Below, piece after piece: positions 51,032 to 61,185 of a stretch of 64,000 nucleotides of DNA. Origin of the DNA: Thermoanaerobaculia bacterium (lineage in GTDB: Bacteria; Acidobacteriota; Thermoanaerobaculia; UBA5066); contig CAVRAY010000002.1 of the NCBI GenBank assembly GCA_963719225.1, positions 495,032-559,031 of the forward strand, given 5' to 3'. The position numbers and the translations under genes were made by a program. The notes below the pieces were generated by a model, which did no database searches, was not told the DNA's origin, and was given only the letters and a program-made list of their open reading frames with translations. Numbering within the stretch: the first letter of the stretch is position 1; each line of letters opens with the position of its first letter.

Positions 51032-51964
51032 ATGAGCTACGACCTTTTCTTCCGGTTTCGTCCCGGCGCACTTCACGCCTCCGCCAGCGAGATCCTGGAC
51101 TTCTTCAAATCGCGTCCCGGATATGAGTGCTCCGAGACGCAGGCCTGGTACTCGAACGAAACGACGGGCGTCTATTTCTCGTTCGAGATTGAGGAACGGG
51201 GAACTGCGGAAGAGGCGGGCGAGCAGTTCGACGAGGAAGCACCTCCGCCAGATCCTGACGCGGCGCCCGTTTCCTTCAACATCAACTACTACCGCCCGCA
51301 CTTCTTCGGGCTGGAGGCCGAGCCGGAGCTGACGCTGTTCGTGAAGCTCTTCGACCTGCTCGTGTCCGACCCGCAGGTCAGCGGGATGGGCGATGGGGAG
51401 TACACGCCAGAAGGATTCTTGGCGGGCTGGAACGCAGGAAACGTCGTCGGATATCGCGCCGCTGCTGCGTCAATCGAGGACGAAAAACCTCACCTTCTGC
51501 CCACCGCGGTACTGGAGCGGATCTGGCGTTGGAACTACACCCGCCCCAATCGCGCGGAGGCGCTCGGCGAGGAGACATACGTGCCCCGGATCTTCCACTT
51601 CCAGAAAGACGGCCAGCTGCAGTCGGGCATCGTATGGGGCGATGCGATGCCTATCCTGATTCCGCGGGTCGACCTGATCCTTGCCCCTCGCGAAAAACTA
51701 GCCCCTCGCAGGTTCTTCAAGGCGCAAGAGGACAAGGTGCTGTGCACATGGGGCGAGATCGAGCCGCTCCTCACGACGTTTCCTCAGGTGAACGACTATC
51801 TGCCGGCTTGGCGTCTTTCCTATCGGGAGATTCCGCGGGCCATCGAGGCGTTCTTCCGCTCGCATGAGCCGCTCCTTGATACGTCGGCAGGCATGAAGAT
51901 CGTCGCGATGGACCTCGTGCTGAACGCGGAGATCTATGAAGAGGCGCGAAAGCCTCGCACCTAG
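51032..51964 (+). CDS. Hypothetical protein (310 aa), cassette cargo
   Basis: Track ORF with ordinary composition (MSYDLFFRFRPGALHASASEILDFFKSRPGYECSETQAWYSNETTGVYFSFEIEE..). I recognise no family. Its stop abuts LysR fragment B. Confidence 0.5.
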   Translation: MSYDLFFRFRPGALHASASEILDFFKSRPGYECSETQAWYSNETTGVYFSFEIEERGTAEEAGEQFDEEAPPPDPDAAPVSFNINYYRPHFFGLEAEPELTLFVKLFDLLVSDPQVSGMGDGEYTPEGFLAGWNAGNVVGYRAAAASIEDEKPHLLPTAVLERIWRWNYTRPNRAEALGEETYVPRIFHFQKDGQLQSGIVWGDAMPILIPRVDLILAPREKLAPRRFFKAQEDKVLCTWGEIEPLLTTFPQVNDYLPAWRLSYREIPRAIEAFFRSHEPLLDTSAGMKIVAMDLVLNAEIYEEARKPRT

Positions 51965-51965
51965 C

Positions 51966-52493
51966 GGCGTACCCGTCCCTGGCTCTCGAGGTGCGAAACC
52001 AGCGCGACATGGAGTCGTTCGATCAGTTGCTCGCGGGCGAGCTGGACCTGGCGGTTCGGTCCCGGGAGGCGCTGCCGCACGGTTTGAGGTTCGAGCCGCT
52101 GTTCGCGTCGGATCGAATGCTGATCGTGCCGCGTGGTCACCTTAGAAACCCCTCGCTCGCCATGCGTTCGTGATCCCCCCGGCGGGTTCGACGTCGCGCC
52201 GCCTGATCGAGGCCGCGTTCCTGCGGGCCGGCCTGAGGCTGGAGATCGCGATGGAGGCGGGAGGCTGGGAGATCGTGAAGCGCCTGGTGCGGGCGGGGGT
52301 GGGCGTGGCGGTGGTTCCTCGATTCTGTCTGGAGGCTGCTGATCTCAGGAAGCTGGTGGCGATTCCGGCGGGGCATCTCTTCCCTCCGGATGCTTATGGG
52401 CTGGTGACGCGGGCGGGCACCGGCGCCTCATCCGCAACGGCCGCCGTGACGCGGTTGCTAGAGGAGGCGGGGAGGAGGGTGGGGTAGGGGGGG
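51966..52493 (+). repeat. LysR gene fragment, copy B
   Basis: It starts at ..AYPSLALEVRNQRDMES... It carries a 27-nt deletion plus a small indel after PRGH (GGTCACCTTAGAAACCCCTCGC). It ends ..LLEEAGRRVG* GGGTGGGGTAGGGG. Confidence 0.85.
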
Positions 52494-52498
52494 CGGGG

Positions 52499-52810
52499 CT
52501 ATCTGGCCACGGCCCGGGCGATCTCTCGAGGCCGTTTCCCGGTGGCGAGAAGCGACCGAACGATGAGATCGAGGCTGACCTGCGCGTCAGCGGCCTCCAT
52601 CTTCGCGACTCGGGACTGGCTCGAGCCCAGCTTCGAGGCGAGCGCCGTCTGGGACAGCCCCTTCTTCAAGCGCGCCTTCTTGAGTTCGCGAGCGAGGCTG
52701 AGCTTGATCTCGATGTAGGCCGATTCCTCGGGGGTCAGGCCGAGGAAGGTCTCGGCGGATCCGAATGTCCAGCCCTTCTTCGTGAGGCGAGCCTTCTTCG
52801 TCTTGTCCAT
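52499..52810 (-). CDS. higA: XRE-family HTH antitoxin (HigA-like)
   Basis: Track ORF: LSQTALASKLGSSQSRVAKMEAADAQVSLDLIVRSL. Confidence 0.8.
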   Translation of the reverse strand: MDKTKKARLTKKGWTFGSAETFLGLTPEESAYIEIKLSLARELKKARLKKGLSQTALASKLGSSQSRVAKMEAADAQVSLDLIVRSLLATGKRPREIARAVAR

Positions 52811-52814
52811 CTGA

Positions 52815-53147
52815 TTACTCCCTGTCCCATGCCGCGAGGCGCTGCGCGCAGGCGGCGATCACGGCTTTCGGCGTGCGTTGAGTGCCCTTCTTCTCGACTC
52901 CCAGTACCACGATCGCGTCATGCCGAACTGCATAGAAGATCCGCCAGTCGACGTTCCCGTCGGGCACTCGGAGCTCGTGGCAACCCTTCCCGATCCCCGG
53001 CATCGGTCGAGAATCCGGCAGCGAAAGCACGTCCCCCTGCTGAAGGCCCCTCAAGAGGTATCCGGCACGAACCCGCCCCTCCTTCGAAAAGGGCGGAGAC
53101 TTGATTCCACCGTGCATCCACGCGAGGGGTTTCTCGGGGAGCTTCAT
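52815..53147 (-). CDS. higB: HigB / Gp49-like RelE-superfamily toxin (intact)
   Basis: Track ORF: KPLAWMHGGIKSPPFSKEGRVRAGYLLRGLQQGD..PMPGIGKGCHELRVPDGNVDWRIFYAVRHDAIVVLGVEKKGTQRTP. Confidence 0.8.
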   Translation of the reverse strand: MKLPEKPLAWMHGGIKSPPFSKEGRVRAGYLLRGLQQGDVLSLPDSRPMPGIGKGCHELRVPDGNVDWRIFYAVRHDAIVVLGVEKKGTQRTPKAVIAACAQRLAAWDRE

Positions 53148-53181
53148 TTCACCCGGAACGAGATTAGGGTGATTAGTGGTC

Positions 53182-53199
53182 TATGTCAAGACTGACATA
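53182..53199. promoter_or_regulatory. Inverted repeat upstream of the higBA operon (candidate operator)
   Basis: TATGTCA (53182-53188), AGAC, TGACATA (53193-53199). It lies 35-52 nt upstream of the higB start on the minus strand and abuts LysR fragment C. Confidence 0.3.
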
Positions 53200-53200
53200 T

Positions 53201-53539
53201 GTCCCCGGAGGTGCTGCCGCACGGTTTGAGGTTCGAGCCGCTGTTCGCGTCGGATCGAATGCTGATCGTGCCGCGTGGTCACGAGCTGGCGGGGAAGAAG
53301 CGCCCGACCCTCAGAGACCTCGCTCGCCATGGGTTCGTGATCCCCCCGGCGGGTTCGACGTCGCGCCGCCTGATCGAGGCCGCGTTCCTGCGGGCCGGCC
53401 TGAGGCTGGAGATCGCGATGGAGGCGGGAGGCTGGAGATCGTGAAGCGCCTGGTGCGGGCAGGGGTGGGCGTGGCGGTGGTTCCTCGGCCGCCGTGAGGA
53501 GGGTGCTGGAGGAGGCGGGGAGGAGGGTGGGGTAGGGGT
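53201..53539 (+). repeat. LysR gene fragment, copy C
   Basis: It starts near ..EVLPHGLRFEPLFASDRMLIVPRGHELAGKKRPTLRDLARH... It has a 1-nt deletion after EAGGW and a large deletion (..VAVVPR|AAVRRVLEEAGRRVG*). The 3' end is the same as in the other copies. Confidence 0.85.
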
Positions 53540-53544
53540 GGCTG

Positions 53545-53757
53545 TTAGGCGTAGGCGAGGCGGCCGCGGGCCTCGGGAATGGGTCGCCCGAGCGACTTTG
53601 CGGTCTCGATCCACTCGCGAATGACTACCTCGGCGGCCGCGAGAGCCTCGGCGTAGGACGCACCATCGGCCATGCAGCCCGGCAGCTCGGGAACCTCGGC
53701 GACGAACGCCTCGTCCTCTTTGCTCCAGTAGATGATGACTTCGTACTTGGGGCTCAT
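53545..53757 (-). CDS. hicB: HicB antitoxin
   Basis: Track ORF: YEVIIYWSKEDEAFVAEVPELPGCMADGASYAEALAAAEVVIREWIETAKSLGRPIPE. Confidence 0.85.
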   Translation of the reverse strand: MSPKYEVIIYWSKEDEAFVAEVPELPGCMADGASYAEALAAAEVVIREWIETAKSLGRPIPEARGRLAYA

Positions 53758-54008
53758 AGCGCACCTGAAAGTTTATACCGGACGAGAATCGATCGCACCT
53801 GCTTGACCTGATAAGGCTTAGCTTTCGAACCCTTGGGCTGAATGTTGAGGATCTCGACGACCCCGTCCTTCGTGAAGATGTGATGGCTGCCTCGGGTGCG
53901 ACTCTCGAACCCGAGTTCCTCGAGGAGAGCGCAGAGATCTGAGAAGCGGATGTTTGCGTCCGAGGCTCCGGTCAGGATCTGCTCCAGAAGCCGGCTGTGC
54001 CGAGTCAC
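53754..54008 (-). CDS. hicA: HicA mRNA-interferase toxin
   Basis: Track ORF with GTG start: LLEELGFESRTRGSHHIFTKDG..ILNIQPKGSKAKPYQVKQV. It overlaps hicB by 4 nt. Confidence 0.85.
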   Translation of the reverse strand: MTRHSRLLEQILTGASDANIRFSDLCALLEELGFESRTRGSHHIFTKDGVVEILNIQPKGSKAKPYQVKQVRSILVRYKLSGAL

Positions 54009-54113
54009 GGGAGAACGCTAGCACGCCGAGCGACTCGCGAGCCGGCGCCGGAGGGGCTGGACTTGCCCCGATTTCGGGCGATAGGATTTGCCTCGCCAAC
54101 CGGGGGTACATCG

Positions 54114-55970
54114 ATGACGCGGTCGCTCATATCGGCCTTGGCTTCGCTTCTCCTCGCAGTGGATGTCCGGGCGGCCGACCCCCGCTGGACGGTCGAATTC
54201 AAGGAAGGCGCGCGCACCTTCCTCACGGCGACGGGCCTCGAGGTCGGACAGAAGACAACTCCGGGCGCGACGATCGCGGGATACCTCGTCGTCAAGCTGC
54301 CAGCCGACGTCGACCCCGCCACCACGAACCGCGGCGTGTTTCTCGGCCGCGTGCGTGTGCCCGAGCGGCGTGTCACTTGGCTGAAAGGGGACGAGTTTGC
54401 GGCCGGTGCGCTGCTGCCCGCGCAGCACCTCATCGCCGTCACTCCCAACGCCGGCTTCGAGCCCGGGTTGTGGGCGGTGAAGGTCCGCGACACCGTCAAG
54501 GACCGCAACGGGCGCCCGGTCAATCCCACGAACGCCACGTGGACGGTCGAGATCGGGGAACCGCGTGTACGGCCGGACGAAAGCGGCCCGGCTCGTAACA
54601 CGCTGAAGCTGAAGTTCACGACCGAGGTCGATCCGGCGACGTACGCGGACGGGATCGTCGTGGAGAAGCAGGTCGCGGGAGGCTGGGAGGAGGAGCCGCG
54701 GGGCAGCGCGACGATCGCGCCGCGGGAGCACGGCGGGTCGGTCAACGAGATCGGTCTCCGGCCCCTCGGCGGGTGGGAACGTGGGGCGACGTACCGCGTG
54801 CGCGTCACGGAGGCAATCCGCGACCTTCGTGGGCTCCCCCTGACGAACGCCGAAGACTTCAGCTTTGTTGTGCCGAAGTCCGGGCCGTTCGACACGCGTC
54901 ACGAGCCGCGGCGGCCGGTGGCGCAGGCGAGTGCACAGGCGGCCTCTGCAGGGCCGGCGTTCCCGGGCGGGCAGGCGCTGGGCTGGCACGGGCACTGGAC
55001 CGACCCCGTCACCGGGCTCATCTACATGCGCCACCGCTGGTACGACCCGCGGACGGGGACGTTCCTGTCGCCGGATCCGCTCGAAGACATCGACTCGCCG
55101 AACCAGTACCTGTTCGGCGCGGGCAGGCCGCACGAGGTGGTGGATCCGCTGGGGCTGTGTCTAGGTCTGGACAAGGAAGGGCGCCCCTGCGGTTACTACG
55201 CTGACAGGATCGACGACTACCTAGTCGAGACGGCGAAGCTGCGAAGAGACCGAACCGGGGTTCCACTGGCCCTCGATCGTCTGCTGCTCAGTCCGGTCAC
55301 GGGGATTCTGCGACTCGGCGAGGCGCAGGGTCGACTCGGCTATCGATACGCCGAGGCTTTGACCAATCCCAGGGTCGCCCTGCCGCCAGGCGCGACCGTC
55401 ACGAGCGAGACGAACGAGGTCGGAGCCGACCTGCTTCAGGCTGCCGGCGACGCAGCGCTGCTGGCGCCGCTGACGAGGGGCCTGGTTGGCATGCGCACCG
55501 CTGCCTCGCCTGCCGCTTTAGTCCCCATTGCGGAGTCGATGCGTCCGTCTCTGCCGGTGCTGAACCCGCATTTCACCCCCGACCCAAAGGCGGTGTTGCA
55601 GAACCTGGCCACCTTCCAGAACGCACGGCTTGCTGCGAATCCGGCGCTCGCAGAAACGGTCCTGACACGCCCGGAGTACGCTGCCGCCACGAAGAACATC
55701 GGCATCGCGCGGATGGAGTGGGGGAACGCGGTTGAACGGCTAATGGCGGGAGAGGTTCGTGAGCAGCCCTCACTCAGATCTATGTTCGAACACCAGGGCG
55801 GACCAAACAGGCCAGATTTCATAGGAAGAGGCGCCTTCGATGGGCTGAAATTCGAGGTGACGACACCCGGACAAGTACGGGCGCACTTGGCTCGGCCCCG
55901 ATACGGACTAGGATTGAATGTAGTCACCTACCAGAGGCCCGCGGGCTTTACTCTATTCCCGCCACAATGA
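54114..55970 (+). CDS. Secreted polymorphic toxin: signal peptide + Ig-like (SbsA-type) region + terminal RHS-core motif + unique C-terminal toxin domain
   Basis: Track ORF 53997..55970 trimmed to MTRSLISALASLLLAVDVRAA. The RHS core end is GWHGHWTDPVTGLIYMRHRWYDPRTGTFLSPDPLEDIDSPNQYLFGAGRPHEVVDPLGL (ends 55157). A 270-aa CT follows, containing GGPNRPDFIGRGAFDGLKFEVTT (PD..E-x-T, possibly REase-like). Confidence 0.75.
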   Translation: MTRSLISALASLLLAVDVRAADPRWTVEFKEGARTFLTATGLEVGQKTTPGATIAGYLVVKLPADVDPATTNRGVFLGRVRVPERRVTWLKGDEFAAGALLPAQHLIAVTPNAGFEPGLWAVKVRDTVKDRNGRPVNPTNATWTVEIGEPRVRPDESGPARNTLKLKFTTEVDPATYADGIVVEKQVAGGWEEEPRGSATIAPREHGGSVNEIGLRPLGGWERGATYRVRVTEAIRDLRGLPLTNAEDFSFVVPKSGPFDTRHEPRRPVAQASAQAASAGPAFPGGQALGWHGHWTDPVTGLIYMRHRWYDPRTGTFLSPDPLEDIDSPNQYLFGAGRPHEVVDPLGLCLGLDKEGRPCGYYADRIDDYLVETAKLRRDRTGVPLALDRLLLSPVTGILRLGEAQGRLGYRYAEALTNPRVALPPGATVTSETNEVGADLLQAAGDAALLAPLTRGLVGMRTAASPAALVPIAESMRPSLPVLNPHFTPDPKAVLQNLATFQNARLAANPALAETVLTRPEYAAATKNIGIARMEWGNAVERLMAGEVREQPSLRSMFEHQGGPNRPDFIGRGAFDGLKFEVTTPGQVRAHLARPRYGLGLNVVTYQRPAGFTLFPPQ

Positions 55971-56659
55971 GGGTATTCGAAGGGCGCGAATTTCGTTCCT
56001 TTTACGACGATGGGGACTCGCTCTTCGAGGACATCGAGTTCCGGCGATGCTCCTTCATCAGTTCGGCGATCTCGATCACGAGAAACCCCGGTCGAAGGTC
56101 GACGGCTCGACGTTGTCGTGTCATTTCGTGTGAACAGCGAGGGTGCGCGATCGATACAGCCGTCCTTGAGGATGTGCTCGTGGACGGATTTCTCACGCAT
56201 GGCCTCTTGCAGACTTGGGGGGCCGTCTTCAAGCACGTCACGCTTCGGGGCCGGATGGGGCGAATCATGACGAGTGACCGCATCGCTACGGGCACCGCTA
56301 CGGCTGCCGAGCAGAGCGCCTTCGATGAAGCGAACGCTGCCTACTACGCCGCTGTCGATTGGGCCCTGGACCTGCGCGAGGCGGAGTTCACAGACGAACC
56401 GGACTTCAGGGGCATCCCCGCGAGGCTTGTCATCCGAGACCCTGATTCACAGGTTGTGGTGACGCGAGAGAGGGCGATGCAGGGGACGTGGAGGCAGGTC
56501 GACCTCTCGGGCACCTCCTGGGAGGCGTACATCCAGGGAATGCTGAGGGACGGCTATCCCGACGTCATCCTCGTCGCACCTAAGCGGAGTCGGAAGTTCC
56601 GGGACCTGCTCAATGGGCTCATGAGACTGAAAGACGCCGGCGTTACGGAACCGTATTGA
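55967..56659 (+). CDS. Putative immunity protein (position-based)
   Basis: Track ORF. Its ATG overlaps the toxin stop (ATGA). I recognise no family. Confidence 0.45.
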   Translation: MRVFEGREFRSFYDDGDSLFEDIEFRRCSFISSAISITRNPGRRSTARRCRVISCEQRGCAIDTAVLEDVLVDGFLTHGLLQTWGAVFKHVTLRGRMGRIMTSDRIATGTATAAEQSAFDEANAAYYAAVDWALDLREAEFTDEPDFRGIPARLVIRDPDSQVVVTRERAMQGTWRQVDLSGTSWEAYIQGMLRDGYPDVILVAPKRSRKFRDLLNGLMRLKDAGVTEPY

Positions 56660-57057
56660 TGGCATCGAGGATCATCGCGCACCGTGTGGAACTGCCGGGA
56701 GAAGGAATCCACGAAGTCTCCCTCGAGGCCTCGGACCACGGCCTTGTCATCGACGTCAACGCATCCACGGCCTACCACTACATCACGAACCGGGACTTCT
56801 CCGAGATCTTCGACGCACTGCACCTATACGATCGCGGCACCGCTGATGAGCTTCAGGGCGGAGAGTCAGCGTTCGTCGTGTGGTCGCCCGAACTCCAACG
56901 AGCCGGCGTCTTCTATCGGGGCAGGTTTCAGGCCGCTGTGGACTTTGAACGACACGAGGCGCGCTGCCGCAGCGGGTTTCCGACGTTGCCAAACACTCCG
57001 TGGCTTCGATCGGGCCACGGGTGGGACGATGAGCTCGTAAAGGGGCTGGAACCCTGA
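56659..57057 (+). CDS. Hypothetical small protein in toxin cassette
   Basis: Track ORF 56656..57057. An ATG at 56659 overlaps the upstream stop (TGATG). The sequence reads MASRIIAHRVELPGEGIHEVSLEASDHGLVIDVN... Confidence 0.4.
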   Translation: MASRIIAHRVELPGEGIHEVSLEASDHGLVIDVNASTAYHYITNRDFSEIFDALHLYDRGTADELQGGESAFVVWSPELQRAGVFYRGRFQAAVDFERHEARCRSGFPTLPNTPWLRSGHGWDDELVKGLEP

Positions 57058-57082
57058 ATTTACAGACCCCCAGCAGGCCTGC

Positions 57083-57922
57083 GTGGCTCAGTCTAGATCC
57101 GCTCTTCACGAAATGAACGGTCTGACGGATCTCGGCGCCTCCATCGCGATGAATGGCACGCCGGCCGTGCAGCAGGTCAGATTTCCCGGAAGGTTTCGTT
57201 GGACCAGGCGGCTGAACGTAAACCGCTTGTTTGACGACGTGGACCTTGGTGATGTGCATGGCCGCCCACGGCTCTGGGGCCATGTCTCATTTGAAGGCTG
57301 TGCCTTTCGGGGCGTGACGCTGGACGGGGCGCGGCTCGAACGAGCGTCGTTCACGGGATGCCGATTTGAGCGTGTCAGATTCGGGCATCGCCTGATGGGG
57401 CTTATCAAAGGCTGTACGTTTGAGCACTCGACGTTCTCGGAGGTGGCGTTCGGTGGGGCCCAGATCATTGATTCCGGCTTTGCGTCATGCGAATTTGACC
57501 GAGTGGATGCGAGAGACCTCATGTTTCGGCAGACTCATATTCAGGGGCTCACGCTATCTGGCAACGTTTCGTCCTGCAACTTAGTCGACTGCACTGTGTC
57601 GGAGCTCGACGCCGGCAGAGCCTACGTTGAAGACCTCGGAATCGTCGGGGGCAGCCTGAGGGACGTGACTTGGCCGCACCACGACTCGAACTTCGCGGTA
57701 GCCCCGTCCTCATTGATCGAGGTAATGGCAGAGGTGGAGCCGAAGCTCCGATTGGAGTCCCGGGCCCGCTACGAGGAAATGGCGCGTCTGTATTCCGCGT
57801 CATCGAGTCCGGTCGTGATGATTGCGAAGTCGGGCGTTAGGGAAATGACTGACGTGGAGTCGGACGCGGTCATAGGGGCTCTTCGGCGTTTCGGAGTCTC
57901 AAAGTCACCCGAGCCCAAGTGA
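57083..57922 (+). CDS. Pentapeptide-repeat protein
   Basis: Track ORF. It has a run of A(D/N)LxX-type quintets: FEGCAFRGVTLDGARLERASFTGCRFERVRFGH..CTFEHSTFSEVAFGGAQIIDSGFASCEFDRVDARDLMFRQTHIQGLTLSGN. The start is uncertain (GTG 57083 or ATG 57113). Confidence 0.6.
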   Translation: MAQSRSALHEMNGLTDLGASIAMNGTPAVQQVRFPGRFRWTRRLNVNRLFDDVDLGDVHGRPRLWGHVSFEGCAFRGVTLDGARLERASFTGCRFERVRFGHRLMGLIKGCTFEHSTFSEVAFGGAQIIDSGFASCEFDRVDARDLMFRQTHIQGLTLSGNVSSCNLVDCTVSELDAGRAYVEDLGIVGGSLRDVTWPHHDSNFAVAPSSLIEVMAEVEPKLRLESRARYEEMARLYSASSSPVVMIAKSGVREMTDVESDAVIGALRRFGVSKSPEPK

Positions 57923-58028
57923 CGAAGCCAAACGTTCTCACGCAGCACGTTTTCGCGTGCCTTATGCCGACGCCTGGACTCGTTGCGCTGCGCTCCGATT
58001 TCCGTTCTTGTCCGACGTGAAGACGATC

Positions 58029-58826
58029 CGCGTCTGAACAAGTCACAGCCGGCCGTGACGATGACGGTGAAGGCTCTGGAGCGGGAGATGGGTGTGCCCC
58101 TCTTTGCGCGGGGGCCGCGGAAAGAGGCTGACGGCGGCGGGAGCGAGGCTGGCCGCGAGGGCCGCGGGCATCCTGGAGGGCGCGCGGCGATTGAAGGAGG
58201 ATGTCGCCGGAGAGCCGGAGGTGCCCCGGGGGCCCGTGCGGGTGGGGGCCGGGGAGGGGGACTCGGATTCGCGAGGCGTACCCGTCCCTGGCTCTCGAGG
58301 TGCGAAACCAGCGCGACATGGAGTCGTTCGATCAGTTGCTCGCGGGCGAGCTGGACCTGGCGGTTCGGTCCCGGGAGGCGCTGCCGCACGGTTTGAGGTT
58401 CGAGCCGCTGTTCGCGTCGGATCGAATGCTGATCGTGCCGCGTGGTCACGAGCTGGCGGGGAAGAAGCGCCCGACGCTCAGAGACCTCGCTCGCCATGCG
58501 TTCGTGATCCCCCCGGCGGGTTCGACGTCGCGCCGCCTGATCGAGGCCGCGTTCCTGCGGGCCGGCCTGAGGCTGGAGATCGCGATGGAAGCGGGAGGCT
58601 GGGAGATCGTGCAGCGCCTGGTGCGGGCAGGGGTGGGCGTGGCGGTGGTTCCTCGATTCTGTCTGGAGGCTGCTGATCTCAGGAAACTGGTGGCGATTCC
58701 GGCGGGGCATCTCTTGCCTCCGGATGTCCATGGGCTGGTGACGCGGGAGGGCACCGGCGCCTCATCCGCAACGGCCGCGGTGAGGAGGGTGCTGGAGGAG
58801 GCGGGGAGGAGGGTGGGGTAGGGGGG
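58029..58826 (+). repeat. LysR gene fragment, copy D
   Basis: The 5' boundary is the same as in copy A (CGCGTCTGAACAAGTCACAGCC). It has a 1-nt frameshift after PLFAR and a ~36-nt deletion (..GAGE|..IREAYPSLALE). It ends ..RRVLEEAGRRVG* GGGTGGGGTAGGGGGG. Confidence 0.85.
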
Positions 58827-58878
58827 AAGCTAAGCGACTTGATAGATGGCGGGCTTGAAGGACGGGGGCGGTATGGTC

Positions 58879-59226
58879 TTACCCGCCTCCACCCTTGGAC
58901 AAGAGTTCCTTGACGGCTGCCTCGAGGCCCGGCAACTCTTCGTTAACCGCCTGCCAGACGATGTCGAGATCGGCGACGAAGTACTGGTGCGCGAGGACGT
59001 CGCGCATTCGGGCAAACCCACGCCAGTCGACAGCGGGATGGCGCTCCGTGAGTGCCTCCGGGAGCTTCTTGATGGCTTCCCCGATGACCCCGAGGTTGTG
59101 GAGGACGGCGTCGCGCGTGCGCACGTCGGAATCGAGCGTCTGCCGCGACGCGCCCGCGAGGTAGGTCCGCACGCGGGTTGCGGCCTCGAGGATGTCCTCC
59201 AGGTAGAGCCTAAAGTCCCGGGACAT
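58879..59226 (-). CDS. hepT: HepT (DUF86) RNase toxin
   Basis: Track ORF. R-x4-H-x-Y motif is RDVLAHQYF. Confidence 0.85.
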   Translation of the reverse strand: MSRDFRLYLEDILEAATRVRTYLAGASRQTLDSDVRTRDAVLHNLGVIGEAIKKLPEALTERHPAVDWRGFARMRDVLAHQYFVADLDIVWQAVNEELPGLEAAVKELLSKGGGG

Positions 59227-59539
59227 CCTGGGCTTCTGCGAGGACCCTCTCGCGAACGAGGGGCCTGATCGTCTCGCGGATCACGAGGTCCACCTTGTGT
59301 CCGAGCAGTTTCTCGAGGAAGTCTGCGAGGCCCATGTAGTTCCGGAACGTCTTCCTGTCGAAGTCGACGAGGAAGTCGAGATCGCTCTCGGGCCGCGCCT
59401 CACCTCGAACGGTCGAACCGAACAATGAAAGCCGCCGGACGCCAAAGGCCTTTAGCGCACCGACCTCACCCGCAAGGGCAGTAAGGACGTCCTCGGCGCG
59501 GAGCGCTTGGTGGTGGGGCCGATGGGCTATGGTACGCAT
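59210..59539 (-). CDS. mntA: MNT nucleotidyltransferase antitoxin
   Basis: Track ORF 59210..59731 trimmed to MRTIAHRP... The NTase motif is LSLFGSTVRGEARPESDLDFLVDF. Confidence 0.8.
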   Translation of the reverse strand: MRTIAHRPHHQALRAEDVLTALAGEVGALKAFGVRRLSLFGSTVRGEARPESDLDFLVDFDRKTFRNYMGLADFLEKLLGHKVDLVIRETIRPLVRERVLAEAQDVPGL

Positions 59540-59627
59540 GGCTGGCCGATTATCGCTCTCCGGCCGAGGGTCTGGACTTGCCCTGATTTCAAGCGATAGG
59601 ATTTGCCCCGCCACCGGGGGTACATCG

Positions 59628-61185
59628 ATGAAGCGGTCGCTCATATCGGCCTTGGCTTCGCTTCTCCTCACGGTAGACGTCCGGGCGGCCGAGCCTCGCT
59701 GGACGGTCGAATTCAAGGAAGGCGCGCACACATTCCTGACGGCGACGGGCCTCGAGGTCGGGCAGAAGACAAGTCCCGGGGCGATCGCGGGTTACCTCGT
59801 CATCAGGCTTCCCGCCGACGTCGACCCCGCCACGACAAATCGCGGGATCTTTCTCGGTCGCGTGCGTGTGCCCGAGCGCCGGGTCACGTGGCTGAAGGAG
59901 GACGCAGTAAAGGTGCGCGACACGGTCAAGGACCGCAGCGGGCGCCCGATCAACCCCACGAACGCTACGTGGACGGTCGAGATCGGGGAGCCTCGCGCGC
60001 GTCCGAACGACTCCGGTCCGGCGCGCAACACCCTCAAATTGAAGTTCACGACCGAGGTCGACCCGGCGACGTACGCGGACGGGATCGTCGTGGAGAAACA
60101 GGTCGCGAGCGGGTGGGAAGAGGAGCCGCGGGGCAGCGCGACGATCGCACCGAGCGCGCACGGCGGCTCGGTTAACGATATCGGACTCCGGCCGCTGGGC
60201 GGATGGGAGCGCGGCTCGACGTACCGCGTGCGCGTCACGGAGGCGATCCGCGACGTGCGCGGACAGCCGCTGACGAACGCCGAGGACTTCAGCTTCACCG
60301 TGCCGAAGTCCGGGCCGTTCGACACGCGCCACGAGCCGAAGCGGCCCGTGGCGCAGGCGAGCGCACAGGCGGCATCAGCAGGGCCGGCGTTCCCGGGCGG
60401 GCAGGCGCTCGGGTGGCACGGGCACTGGACGGACCCCGTCACCGGCCTGATCTACATGCGCCACCGCTGGTACGACCCGCGGACGGGGACGTTCCTCTCG
60501 CCGGACCCGCTGGAGGACATCGACTGGCCGAACCAGTACCTGTTCGGAGCGGGTAGGCCGCACGAAGTGGTGGATCCGCTGGGGCTGGCGGTGACGGTGA
60601 AGTGGGAGAAAGGCGTTCTCTGCAGGGGCTGTCTGACGTTTGGCGCCGACCTCGGGTTGACGATGGGAGGAACCGGAGTTCCAGTTCGCAAAGGACGTGG
60701 CCGGTGTCTATCTGCCCCGTCTCTTCGCCAGGCCGCGGCCTCGGGTTGCCACAGCCGGTGTCAGAGGTTCGGCCCCGATTGGTCCGGTGGGTCCGGTTCA
60801 GGCACTCGAGCCGGGGCAATGGGTGAGAGCCAGCGAGTCCATGAGTGCACGCGCTGCGGCCTACCAAACGCAGATCTCTGGCCGGGCCGCCGGTGAGGTC
60901 TACCTGGTGGACGGAGTGAATTTCGATGCATTTCGCGGCGGAACGCTCCTCGACGCGAAGGGCCCGGGCTATGCGACCTTTACGAAAGACGGACGCTTTC
61001 GGGAGTTCTTTCAGGGTGCCGAGGATCTGCTTAGCCAGGCGGCTCGACAGGTGCGGGCCGCTGGCAAGACATCCATCGAATGGCATGTCGCCGAAAGGGA
61101 GGCCGCCGACGCCATCACGACGTTGTTGCGTGAGGCGGGCTATTCTTCTCGGATCAATGTTGTCTTCACACCTCCAGTGCCGTGA
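59628..61185 (+). pseudogene. Paralogous RHS-end polymorphic toxin with Tox-REase-5-like C-terminal domain, one frame break
   Basis: Track ORF 59529..60896 trimmed to MKRSLISALASLLLTVDVRAA. It is near-identical to 54114.. up to ..PHEVVDPLGL (ends 60587). The CT continues in track ORF 60697..61185 (ARAAAYQTQISGRAAGEVYLVDGVNFDAFRGGTLLDAKGPGYATF), the pattern I associate with Tox-REase-5. The break is near 60668. Confidence 0.7.
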
